A DNA stretch of 36,942 bases from Bacteroidales bacterium (GTDB lineage Bacteria > Bacteroidota > Bacteroidia > Bacteroidales > JALTDM01), in assembly GCA_027074135.1 (NCBI GenBank), contig JALTDM010000004.1, forward strand, positions 1 to 36,942. The letters run 5' to 3'. Of this stretch, positions 1 through 8,963 are shown one piece after another; position 1 is the stretch's first letter; each line of letters begins with the position of its first letter. The notes beneath the pieces were generated by a model. The model had not been told where the DNA came from and did no database searches. It saw only the letters and a program-made list of their open reading frames with translations. The position numbers were made by a program, and so were the translations under genes.

Positions 1-533
1 GAAACAAATAGTTGCATAACGGAAAGACCTGCAAAAAAATCATCTGTGTAAATATAACTTCCGATAGAGACATCGGGTTTCCAACTTCTGTCGGAATAGC
101 CTTGGTAAATAGATGGGTCTTCACTTTGATATAGAGTAACTTTATTGCCGTCTATCCCGTATTGCATAACAGATGCCATAAGTCCGAGAGAAAGTTTCAT
201 CTTTTTTGTAACCCTGAAATTGTAAGCATATCCTGCATTAAAAGAGAGTCTTCTTGTGGGTCCTGTTATGTCGTTCATTATATAACCGCCTAATCCCATG
301 TTTTCTTTGAAAGAACCATTGTATGATATAAACTGGGTAATTGGAGCACCTTCAAATCCAAGCCATTGACTTCTATGGTGTAATACTATACGATCGCTTG
401 TTTTTGTCCCGAGTGCAGCAGGATTAAAAATTATATCATCAAGTTGGTATTGACTCAATTGTGGTAGTTGTTGTGCTTTTATGGCCGTAAATGCAAAAAT
501 TATCAATATGAATATGTAAATTTTTCTCTTCAT
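1..533 (-). CDS. PorP/SprF-family type IX secretion system membrane protein (N-terminal part; C-terminus runs off the window edge)
   Basis: Absent from the ORF track because it is open at the window edge. Translation from ATG at 533-531 gives MKRKIYIFILIIFAFTAIKAQQLPQLSQYQLDDIIFNPAALGTKTSDRIVLHHRSQWLGFEGAPITQFISYNGSFKEN... This is a signal peptide followed by the QQxPQxSQY..NPA and R.QW.G.EGAP.T motifs typical of PorP/SprF. It starts 9 nt downstream of a type-B CTD cargo gene. Confidence 0.85.
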   Translation of the reverse strand, partial: MKRKIYIFILIIFAFTAIKAQQLPQLSQYQLDDIIFNPAALGTKTSDRIVLHHRSQWLGFEGAPITQFISYNGSFKENMGLGGYIMNDITGPTRRLSFNAGYAYNFRVTKKMKLSLGLMASVMQYGIDGNKVTLYQSEDPSIYQGYSDRSWKPDVSIGSYIYTDDFFAGLSVMQLFV

Positions 534-542
534 ACCAAGAAT

Positions 543-3299
543 TTATCTTATTATGGTTATATGTCCTTTCAAAACATCCGAACCGTCTCCCAAATCTAAA
601 ATGTAATAGTAAGTGGCTGCAGGCAAATCATTTCCATAATATTTCCCATCCCATTCATTATTGTATCCGTGCTTTTCATAAACTTTCATCCCGTCGCGAT
701 TGTAAATTTGAACAAAGTTGTCAGGGTAATTTTCAATGCCTTCAATATGCCAAGTATCATTTATGCCGTCTCCGTTTGGTGTAAATGTGTTGTAAATAAC
801 AAGGTTTTGAGACTCTTTGCTTATAACTGTTATTGTAATTGTGTCGGAAGCACTGCATCCGTGTATGTCCGTAACTATTACTGTATATGTAATAGTATAT
901 GCAGGTGTTGCCACAGGATTTGGGATAGTATTATTACTTAAAAATGTTTCCGGTTGCCATAAAAATGACGGTGAAGTGGCATTTGTAGTGGCGTTAAGTT
1001 GTATTGACTGTCCTGATGTTATTGTTGTATCTTCACCCGCGTAAATATTAGGTAACGGGAATACAGTAACGGTTACGGAATCAACATCTTGACACTGTCC
1101 GTTACTCACAGTTACATAGTAGGTTGTAGTAAAAGAAGGTGAAGCTACAGGATCGGGTATTGTCGGATTACTCAATGAACCAACTGGTTGCCACGAATAA
1201 GAATTACCTCCCGAAGCATTTAATTGTACAGTTTGCCCAGCACATATAGCTACATCTTGTCCCGCATCAGCAACCGGAGTTTGCTGTACAGTTACTGTAA
1301 CGCTGTCACTGGCAGTACAGCCGTTATCATTTGTTACCGTAACGATATAGGTTGTTGATGTAACAGGTGAAACTGTTATTGTTTGAGAGGCATCTCCCGT
1401 GCTCCATAAAAATGTACCGTTCCCTGTTGCCGACAAAGTAGTACTATCACCGGAACAGATTTCCACATCATCTCCGGCATCAACAGTTGGTGAGGGTAAT
1501 ATATAAACTGTTACCGATGCTGTATCGGAACAAGCACTATTTGAAACTGTAACGGTAAATGTAGTTGTGCTTGTTGGGGTAGCAATCGGATTTTGTATAT
1601 CCGGATTTGAAAGTAATGAAGAAGGCTCCCAATGATAACTTGTTCCGCCAGAAGCCGAAAGTTGTACGGATTCTCCTTGGCAAATTGTTGTGTCACTTGA
1701 TACTGTTGCGACAGGTGGCGGAAGAACATTTATCGTAACCGAATCATAAGCACTGCAGCCGCTCACTGATGTTACTGTAACATAATAAATAGTGTTAGTG
1801 TCAGGAGTTACGGTTATTGTAGAAGTTGTGTCGCCTGTATTCCATAAAAGACTGCCTTGTCCTGTAGCAGTTAGGAGTGCAGAATCACCGACGCAAATAT
1901 TTTGATCTTGCCCTGCATCTACTATTGGTGCAGGTGAGATATATACGGTAAAACTGTCTGTCATTGAGCAAGCTGTATCGCTAATAGTAACATAATAAGT
2001 TGTAGTTGATAGAGGATTTACTGAAATTGTACTCGTTGTATCACCAGTACTCCAAACAAAATCTGCTGTTGTAGTTACTGTAATGTTTGCAGTGTCTCCG
2101 GCACAAATTACCGAATCTCCGGTAAGTGTATAGTCAATTATATGTTCTGAAACTTTTATGTTATCGGTTGCACTACAAGAATTCAATGTGACAGTTACAG
2201 AATACACCCCTGCGGAATCAACTTGTATCGTTTGTGTAGTTTCTCCGGTATTCCAAAGGTATGAATTGTAGCCGCTGCCGGCATTAAGTGTTAAGAAACT
2301 TCCTGAACAGAATGCAGTATCGTCTCCTAACTCAACAATTGGTGCAGAAACTGTTAAAATAAATGGTTCATAATTAAAATTACTTATGCTTGGAGTTTTA
2401 ATTTTGTTAAAAGGGCTACCCGTTTGTAAAACTGTTGAATCAATTTCAGCCCAATGATTTATTTGCCAATTGGCTAAGCCGTCCCAGTATCCGTCTGCGG
2501 ACTGGTCATAAAAGAAAGTTAGTTGTGCACTCGTATTGCCTGAATCTCTTTTTATCAAATGATAAAAATCCGGTTCAGCTCCACAAAGTGTTGAATCTAT
2601 TAATGATCTGTCAAATCCGTCATTGTTAGCATCATGATTGATAAAACTTACAGAAAAAATGTTTGGATTACTATTATCCGGTTTAATAAATATTGGTCTG
2701 TACCTCGTTTGATTTACAGAAGAACCTACAGGGAAATTATATTCTGCATTTTGGTTTGTTTTACGTGTAAGGTATCCGTTATTTAAAGTGCTTACAAAAC
2801 CACTTGTTCTGTGAATAGCAGATGTATCGGTGTTATTGACTCTAATAACAAATGAGTCTGCTGCAAGCTCCAAAGATGTGAGGTTCAAGATATTATCCAC
2901 AAAAGCATTTATCTGCAAATGTTTTATTCCCGTACCTTGAAGTGTGAGATTATAAAAAGTTGTTTGTGAACTTCCACCGATGTTTTGGTCACTTCCGGTT
3001 AAGAAAACCGTAGATGTATCGTGTATAAACAGAGCATTATTTATCCAATTACCCGAAAGCATATAATAACCATTTCCCCTTACCGAATCATTGTTTGTAA
3101 AGTTGCCGTTAAGGTATAGATTCCCGTTGTTAATCAATTGCCCTGATGAGTTCTCGGCATTGCCGTTAACTGAGACAAGGGCACCTTGTGACAAAAAAAC
3201 AGTGTTACCGTTATTATAAAAAACCGATTGTCCCCATAATTTGGCAGGGAATGTTGTGATAATGACAAACAAAATATAAAACGGTATAACCTTTTTCAT
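543..3299 (-). CDS. T9SS type-B C-terminal sorting domain (gliding motility-associated C-terminal domain) surface protein with Asn-rich N-terminal domain and seven Ig-like Cys-containing modules
   Basis: 918-aa ORF with signal peptide MKKVIPFYILFVIITTFPAKLWG|Q. The C-terminus (LVIYNTFTPNGDGINDTWHIEG...YNRDGMKVYEK...WDGKY...LPAATYYYILDLGDGSDVLKGHITIIR) is the classic type-B CTD. The middle is made of repeated ~70-75 aa modules. Confidence 0.9.
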   Translation of the reverse strand: MKKVIPFYILFVIITTFPAKLWGQSVFYNNGNTVFLSQGALVSVNGNAENSSGQLINNGNLYLNGNFTNNDSVRGNGYYMLSGNWINNALFIHDTSTVFLTGSDQNIGGSSQTTFYNLTLQGTGIKHLQINAFVDNILNLTSLELAADSFVIRVNNTDTSAIHRTSGFVSTLNNGYLTRKTNQNAEYNFPVGSSVNQTRYRPIFIKPDNSNPNIFSVSFINHDANNDGFDRSLIDSTLCGAEPDFYHLIKRDSGNTSAQLTFFYDQSADGYWDGLANWQINHWAEIDSTVLQTGSPFNKIKTPSISNFNYEPFILTVSAPIVELGDDTAFCSGSFLTLNAGSGYNSYLWNTGETTQTIQVDSAGVYSVTVTLNSCSATDNIKVSEHIIDYTLTGDSVICAGDTANITVTTTADFVWSTGDTTSTISVNPLSTTTYYVTISDTACSMTDSFTVYISPAPIVDAGQDQNICVGDSALLTATGQGSLLWNTGDTTSTITVTPDTNTIYYVTVTSVSGCSAYDSVTINVLPPPVATVSSDTTICQGESVQLSASGGTSYHWEPSSLLSNPDIQNPIATPTSTTTFTVTVSNSACSDTASVTVYILPSPTVDAGDDVEICSGDSTTLSATGNGTFLWSTGDASQTITVSPVTSTTYIVTVTNDNGCTASDSVTVTVQQTPVADAGQDVAICAGQTVQLNASGGNSYSWQPVGSLSNPTIPDPVASPSFTTTYYVTVSNGQCQDVDSVTVTVFPLPNIYAGEDTTITSGQSIQLNATTNATSPSFLWQPETFLSNNTIPNPVATPAYTITYTVIVTDIHGCSASDTITITVISKESQNLVIYNTFTPNGDGINDTWHIEGIENYPDNFVQIYNRDGMKVYEKHGYNNEWDGKYYGNDLPAATYYYILDLGDGSDVLKGHITIIR
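824..2336 (-). repeat. Seven tandem ~70-75 aa Ig-like coding modules inside the 918-aa adhesin gene
   Basis: Recurrent pattern D..IC.G(D/E)S..L.A.G.....W.TGD...TI.V.P...T.Y.VTV....GC...DS.TV.V. It alternates with a variant, IC.G..VQL.ASGG.SY.W.P...LSNP.I..P.A.P...TT..VTVSN..C.D..SVTV.V. Confidence 0.7.
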
Positions 3300-3302
3300 T
3301 GT

Positions 3303-4967
3303 TTACTTGTTCTTGTGGAATTTTTTACCGTTTACCGATTCAGGCTTTTTCATTAAATTTTGTTTAGCGTCGAGTACTTTTAATGGCTTTTTATACAGAA
3401 TGGATTTTTCTTTTGGTTGTCCCCATACTTCGGGATGGACATATTTACCTTTGTATTTACCTGTTTTTTTAGGTTGGGTTTCCCTTAATTCAGGATGTGC
3501 TTGCAGGTATTTATCATTTCTTTCGGCATATACCACCCAGTCTATTTCTTGTTCCGGATTCCCTCCTGCAATTATGAATTTTCCGTTTTGAATTTTTTGT
3601 TTAATATAAATATTTGGTGCAGGTGAACCAACAGGAGTAAGGTTGTAAGAAAAGTTTTTGTTTATCTTCATAAAATAATCGGGAAGAGTAACTACGGCTT
3701 CACCGTTTTGATCAAGTGTTGCCGTGCCCCTGTAAACATTCAAAACTTCATTGGATTCAATGGAGAAATGGACCAAAAATTTGTGTTCAGGGTCGTTCGG
3801 ATTATCTATCCTGAAATTTTTTGTGCCACCTGCATAAAAATTGCCACCAACATCCAAATTTTGAGCAATACCACCATCATCAAAAGAATAAACACCGTAA
3901 CTCAAATTTAAATTTGTGCTTTGACCTGCCACGCCTGTAACTCCAACACCTGCGACACCGACACCCGGATCGGAAGAAGCACTGTTTGAGCCCCAAACAC
4001 CATAGCCATCAGTATAAGAACTTTCGCCAACCACACCATTTACACCTACTCCCCAAACTCCATGCCCGCCGTCAGTACGAGCATTTACACCTTTTACTCC
4101 TGCAGGTCCGTCACTTGTTTGCCCCCATACACCGATAGAACCGTCACCTGTTACACCGCTACCTTCTCCCGAACCTTGTGAGTGGTAATTTTCACCCCAA
4201 ATACCAACACCACCGCTATAATTAGTTTCTCCTACCAAACCGTTGAACCCTTGTCCCCAAACTCCTGCACCACCGTTTGTTCTGTTATTTATACCGAAAA
4301 CACCTGCCGGACCTGATGAGTTTTGGTCATACACACTTCCATATACGCCTACACCTTGATTAGTGCCGTCATAATAACCTGCTACGGCAGAAGTGTATGC
4401 ATTAGTACTGTTTGTTGATGCTTCTATTGTATTGTAAGGATTTGCAGAATTTGTGTTTTCTGCATATATACTTCCGCCAATGCCGGAGTTTACCACATGT
4501 ATTCCTGTACTCGGATTGGAAGATGTACCATTAGCTGCGGTTACCAGTAAAGCTTCCATATTGGATGCCGAAGTTGTCATATCAATTTCCACGGCGCCGT
4601 TATCTGCCGTAATAGTCCTTCCAGCTCCCGGACCTCCAAAATTATAAGCATCATCCAGGGTACCTCCTCCGGTGTTAGAACCTGCTCCTACTTGTACCCA
4701 TTCTGTTCCGTCCCAGTACCAAAAACCATGAGGTTCGGTACCGTTAGCATTATAAATTAATAAACCCGTAGCCGGGTTTGTAACAGGAGCGGGTGTTGTA
4801 TGGTCATTTAATGTCACTCTTGGAATTAAAAGACCTTTGTTAGCAGATGTTATATCAAGAATAGCAGAAGAATCCGGTGTTGTGGTTCCAATACCTACAT
4901 TATTTTGTGCTTGTAATTTTGAAAAAAACAACAAACAAAGAACAACTAATGGTATAATTTTTCTCAT
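3303..4967 (-). CDS. Secreted Gly-rich repeat protein of unknown function (conserved N-terminal head, G-x-W-G repeat core, globular C-terminal domain, Lys-rich tail); no T9SS CTD
   Basis: 554-aa ORF with signal peptide MRKIIPLVVLCLLFFSKLQA|Q. N-terminal motif NVGIGTTTP..ILDITS.NKGLLIPRVT......P..G.LIYN......FWYWDG.EW. Gly-rich core at residues ~200-350. C-terminal segment GTKNFRIDNPNDPEHKFLVHFSIESNEVLNVYRG...LPDYF..IN.NFSYNLTPVG. Its stop is 3 nt upstream of the next gene. Confidence 0.8.
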   Translation of the reverse strand: MRKIIPLVVLCLLFFSKLQAQNNVGIGTTTPDSSAILDITSANKGLLIPRVTLNDHTTPAPVTNPATGLLIYNANGTEPHGFWYWDGTEWVQVGAGSNTGGGTLDDAYNFGGPGAGRTITADNGAVEIDMTTSASNMEALLVTAANGTSSNPSTGIHVVNSGIGGSIYAENTNSANPYNTIEASTNSTNAYTSAVAGYYDGTNQGVGVYGSVYDQNSSGPAGVFGINNRTNGGAGVWGQGFNGLVGETNYSGGVGIWGENYHSQGSGEGSGVTGDGSIGVWGQTSDGPAGVKGVNARTDGGHGVWGVGVNGVVGESSYTDGYGVWGSNSASSDPGVGVAGVGVTGVAGQSTNLNLSYGVYSFDDGGIAQNLDVGGNFYAGGTKNFRIDNPNDPEHKFLVHFSIESNEVLNVYRGTATLDQNGEAVVTLPDYFMKINKNFSYNLTPVGSPAPNIYIKQKIQNGKFIIAGGNPEQEIDWVVYAERNDKYLQAHPELRETQPKKTGKYKGKYVHPEVWGQPKEKSILYKKPLKVLDAKQNLMKKPESVNGKKFHKNK

Positions 4968-5047
4968 AACAGATTTTATTTTTCACCGTAATAAAGTTAC
5001 AATTTTTTATTTGAAGCATGAAAATTGAGTTTAAAAAATTATATTTT

Positions 5048-7870
5048 TTAACTCAAAAGCCTTTTTAGGTATCTTCCTGTTACTGATTTCGGATTAAATG
5101 CAACATCTTCGGGAGTGCCTTCTGCAACAAGTTTGCCACCGTGTATACCGCCACCGGGACCTAAATCAATTACCCAGTCTGCGGATTTTATTATATCAAG
5201 GTTGTGTTCGATTACTATTATGGTATTGCCTTGGTCAACAATGTAGTTTATGACTTTCAGAAGGATTTTTATGTCTTCGAAATGCAACCCTGTGGTTGGT
5301 TCATCAAGTATGTAGAGGGTTTTTCCGGTAGCTTTTTTAGAGAGTTCGGCAGCAAGTTTTACCCGTTGAGCTTCTCCACCAGAAAGGGTAAGCGAAGATT
5401 GTCCCAATTGTAAGTAGCCCAGCCCCACATTTTGAAGAACTTTGAGTTTGTTGTAAACGGGAGGAATGTTTTCAAATACTTTGAGGGCTTTGTTTACGGT
5501 CATGTTTAGCACATCGTTTATGTTGTAGCCGTGGTAAGTAACTTTAAGTGTTTCGTCATTATATCTTTTGCCGCGACATACCGGACAGGTTACATAAACA
5601 TCGGGCAAAAAGTTCATTTCAATAGTCTTGGTGCCGGTACCCTTGCACTCTTCGCACCTGCCGCCTTTTACATTGAATGAAAAGCGGTTTGGCTTGAAAC
5701 CTCGGATTTTGGCTTCGGGAAGTGATGCGAATAAATTGCGTATGTCTGTAAAAACGCCAATGTATGTTGCGGGATTTGACCTTGGTGAGTGTCCTATAGG
5801 GGATTGGTCGACATTTATTACTTTGTTTATGTGCTCAAGACCTTCGATTTTGTCATATTCAAGAGGGAATGCCCGAGATTTGTAAAGGTGTTTCTTAAGT
5901 GCTGGATATAATGTTTCATTGATAAGTGATGATTTACCACTGCCGCTTACACCTGTAACTGCAATAAATTTTCCGAGTGGAATGCTTACATCTATATTTT
6001 TCAAGTTGTGACCTTTGGCACCAATTATTTTTATTTCTTTCCCGTTGCCTTGTCTCCGTTGATTAGGCACAGTAATTTTTTTCTTTCCATTTAAATATTG
6101 GGCGGTAACGGTATTTGTTTTCAAAAAATCTTTTGTAGGTAACGCTGCAAGAATTTCGCCGCCGTGCTTGCCTGCACCCGGACCAATGTCTATGATGTAG
6201 TCTGCATTTCGCATTATTTCTTCATCATGTTCCACAACGATAATAGTATTTTTCAGGTCACGCAGACTTTTCAGTGAGTTTATTAGTCTTTCGTTGTCTT
6301 GTTGGTGAAGTCCGATGCTTGGCTCGTCAAAAATGTATAGGACATTTACAAGTTGTGAGCCTATTTGTGTTGCAAGCCTGATGCGTTGGCTTTCACCGCC
6401 CGATAGAGAGTATGAGGGACGGTTTAGAGACAAATAACCGAGACCGACATCGAGTAGGAATTTTATCCGCTTCTTAATTTCTTTCAAGGTATCTCTTGCT
6501 ATTTTTTGTTCGGCGGGAGATAATTTATCAGGTAGTTTTTCTGTCCATTCATAAAGTTTTTCCAAATCCATATTTGCAATATCCACAATAGATTTGCTGT
6601 CTATCTTGAAATGTAAACTTTCCTTTTTTAGCCTGCTTCCATTACACACCGGACAGGTTTTCTTTACAAAGAATTCTTCAATGAAAAGTTTTTTGCGGCT
6701 GCCGGAATATTTGTCTAGATTGTTTTCTATGTATGGAATTACACCGTCAAATGATAAGTAGTATGATGATATGCCGATTGGTGTGTTTGTTAGTTTAACT
6801 GGTTCGGGAGAGCCGTAAAGAATGATGTCTATTGCTTCTCTGGGAATGTCTTTTACAGGGGTATCGAGCGTAAAGCCGTATTTTTTCCCAATAGCTTCAA
6901 TTTGCAAGAATATAAGTGAATTTGAAAACCTACCGAGCGGTTTTATGGCACCTTTTCTTATGGATAGGTTTTTGTCGGGAATAATTTTGTCTAAATCGGC
7001 TTCTATCACATAACCTATGCCGTGGCACTTGGGACAAGAGCCTTGCGGTGAATTGAACGAAAAACTGTAAGGTGCAGGCTCATCGTATGAAATGCCTGTA
7101 TCGGGGCAAACATATTTTTTGCTGAAGTATTCACCGTCTTTTTGTCCGTCTTCCACAACCATCAAAGTGTCTTTGCCTTGTTTCAGTGCGGTTTTTATTG
7201 ATTCTTTTATCCTTTTTCCGTTCTCTTCTTTTATCCTGATTTTGTCTATTACTAACTCAATAAAGTGTGTTTTGTAACGGTCAACTTGGAAATTCCTCGA
7301 TATTTCTTTTATCTCACCGTCTACACGGGCATATAGGTGTCCGCTTGACAGAAAGCGGGAGAATAATTCTTTATAGTGTCCTTTACGTCCACGAACATAA
7401 GGTGCAAGTATGAAAACTTTTTTGCCACTGTATTTTTTCAGTATTAAGTTGAAAATATCATCATCTATGTATCTTATCATTTCTTTGCCTGTGGCATATG
7501 AATAAGCCCTACCGATACGTGCATAGAGAAGGCGGAAAAAGTCGTAAATTTCGGTAATGGTGCCGACTGTGGATCGGGGATTTTTGGATATTGTTTTTTG
7601 TTCTATGGCAATAACGGGGCTTAATCCTTCGATGATATCTACATCCGGTCTTTTATAAGAGCCGAGAAAGTTGCGAGCATAAGCCGAAAATGTTTCTATA
7701 TAGCGGCGTTGTCCTTCGGCATTTATTGTATCAAAAGCCAATGAAGATTTACCGCTGCCGCTAACTCCTGTTATTACGGTAAATTTATGGTGTGGTATTT
7801 TTACATTTATGTTTTTGAGGTTGTGTTCCCTTGCTCCAATTATCTTAATATAAGACTGTTTTTGTTTCAT
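5048..7870 (-). CDS. uvrA: Excinuclease ABC subunit A (UvrA)
   Basis: 940 aa. Two ABC ATPase modules with Walker A GVSGSGKSSL (twice) and signature LSGGE(S/A)QR (twice). Zn-finger Cys pairs CPKCHG, CPVCNG, CEECKG, CPVCRG. N-terminus IKIIGAREHNLKNI is typical of UvrA. Confidence 0.97.
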   Translation of the reverse strand: MKQKQSYIKIIGAREHNLKNINVKIPHHKFTVITGVSGSGKSSLAFDTINAEGQRRYIETFSAYARNFLGSYKRPDVDIIEGLSPVIAIEQKTISKNPRSTVGTITEIYDFFRLLYARIGRAYSYATGKEMIRYIDDDIFNLILKKYSGKKVFILAPYVRGRKGHYKELFSRFLSSGHLYARVDGEIKEISRNFQVDRYKTHFIELVIDKIRIKEENGKRIKESIKTALKQGKDTLMVVEDGQKDGEYFSKKYVCPDTGISYDEPAPYSFSFNSPQGSCPKCHGIGYVIEADLDKIIPDKNLSIRKGAIKPLGRFSNSLIFLQIEAIGKKYGFTLDTPVKDIPREAIDIILYGSPEPVKLTNTPIGISSYYLSFDGVIPYIENNLDKYSGSRKKLFIEEFFVKKTCPVCNGSRLKKESLHFKIDSKSIVDIANMDLEKLYEWTEKLPDKLSPAEQKIARDTLKEIKKRIKFLLDVGLGYLSLNRPSYSLSGGESQRIRLATQIGSQLVNVLYIFDEPSIGLHQQDNERLINSLKSLRDLKNTIIVVEHDEEIMRNADYIIDIGPGAGKHGGEILAALPTKDFLKTNTVTAQYLNGKKKITVPNQRRQGNGKEIKIIGAKGHNLKNIDVSIPLGKFIAVTGVSGSGKSSLINETLYPALKKHLYKSRAFPLEYDKIEGLEHINKVINVDQSPIGHSPRSNPATYIGVFTDIRNLFASLPEAKIRGFKPNRFSFNVKGGRCEECKGTGTKTIEMNFLPDVYVTCPVCRGKRYNDETLKVTYHGYNINDVLNMTVNKALKVFENIPPVYNKLKVLQNVGLGYLQLGQSSLTLSGGEAQRVKLAAELSKKATGKTLYILDEPTTGLHFEDIKILLKVINYIVDQGNTIIVIEHNLDIIKSADWVIDLGPGGGIHGGKLVAEGTPEDVAFNPKSVTGRYLKRLLS

Positions 7871-7871
7871 A

Positions 7872-8963
7872 CTAGTTCATCAACAGGCTGTCTTTGGTTA
7901 ATGAAATAGAATCGGATGCAACAGTGTTTATTGCAGGGGCTGACGATGAAGATGTTGTTGTGTCGTTGTTATTGATTGAGGTTTGTTTTAAGTGCTTGTT
8001 TTCGGCGAAAAACATTCTGGTTTTTGGTATTTTTATTTCATATCCTATGCTGTCCGTAAAAATCAGTTTGTCAGAGATAAGCCAAGGATTTAAGTCTTTT
8101 AAAACCTTTAGATTGGTTCCCATTTGGTGGGCAAAAGCAGATAAATCTTGTATTGAAGAATCAACCTTTACTATTTTGTATGCAGGATAGTGGTATAAGT
8201 CTTTTTTACGAAAATGGAAGCCGAATTTTTCGGGATTTTCCAATATGTATTTAATTGCCAATACCCGGTAAACGTATCTTGCGGTTTCTTTATTCAGGTG
8301 GAGGTTGTAATAAGAAGTTTCGCCTTGTTTTTCCATAGATTTTTTTATAGCATTTATCCCTACATTATAAGCAGCAGCAGCGAGTGTCCAATTGTCAAAA
8401 GTTTTATAAGCATCTTTTAAGTATTTGCAAGCAGCTTCGGTTGATTTTTCAAGATTGTAGCGCTCGTCCACATACTTGTTTATGCGTAATCCGTATTTTT
8501 TTGCGGTTGATTCCAACATTTGCCAATATCCTTTTGCTCCTGCGGGTGACACTGCGTTTGTAAGACCGCTTTCGGCAAGTGCAAGGTATTTGAAATCATC
8601 CGGTACACCGTTTTTTTTCAAGATTTTTTCAATTATCGGGAAATATTTGTTTGCCCTTTTTATGAAAAGCATTGTTTGGGATTGCCAATAAGTATTTACT
8701 AAAAACTCTCGGTCAAGGCTTTCGAACACATCATAGTATTCAAGAGGCACCTTTTCTCCTGCAAAAATTAATTTGTCAGGCATAGGAACAGCATAAATAG
8801 AATAATTTTCTTTAAATTCTTTCTTAAATTCTTTATCGCTTGTGCTAAGGTCTGTTTTAGCAAAAACTATGTATTTCCAAACTATTCCTATCAAAAGGAT
8901 AATTATTACCGATAATGCAAATTTGAAAATAAATTCCAGGGAATTAAGCATTTTTGTTTTCAT
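7872..8963 (-). CDS. Membrane-anchored lytic transglycosylase (SLT domain) with LysM-like C-terminal segment
   Basis: SLT catalytic motif LALAESGLTNAVSPAGAKGYWQM followed by AAAYNVG. N-terminal TM helix. I place the start at ATG 8963 (MKTKMLNS...) rather than the track start 9014, which lies deep inside the upstream gene. ATG 8951 is an alternative start. Confidence 0.85.
   Translation of the reverse strand: MKTKMLNSLEFIFKFALSVIIILLIGIVWKYIVFAKTDLSTSDKEFKKEFKENYSIYAVPMPDKLIFAGEKVPLEYYDVFESLDREFLVNTYWQSQTMLFIKRANKYFPIIEKILKKNGVPDDFKYLALAESGLTNAVSPAGAKGYWQMLESTAKKYGLRINKYVDERYNLEKSTEAACKYLKDAYKTFDNWTLAAAAYNVGINAIKKSMEKQGETSYYNLHLNKETARYVYRVLAIKYILENPEKFGFHFRKKDLYHYPAYKIVKVDSSIQDLSAFAHQMGTNLKVLKDLNPWLISDKLIFTDSIGYEIKIPKTRMFFAENKHLKQTSINNNDTTTSSSSAPAINTVASDSISLTKDSLLMN

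Noticed and set aside
543-3299. Regularly spaced repeats that might be mistaken for a CRISPR-like or satellite array (also 17510-18870)
   Set aside because: The periodicity is ~210-230 nt and lies entirely within long open reading frames. The units are diverged at the DNA level and conserved at the protein level (Ig-like / SprB repeats). There are no short identical direct repeats with unique spacers.
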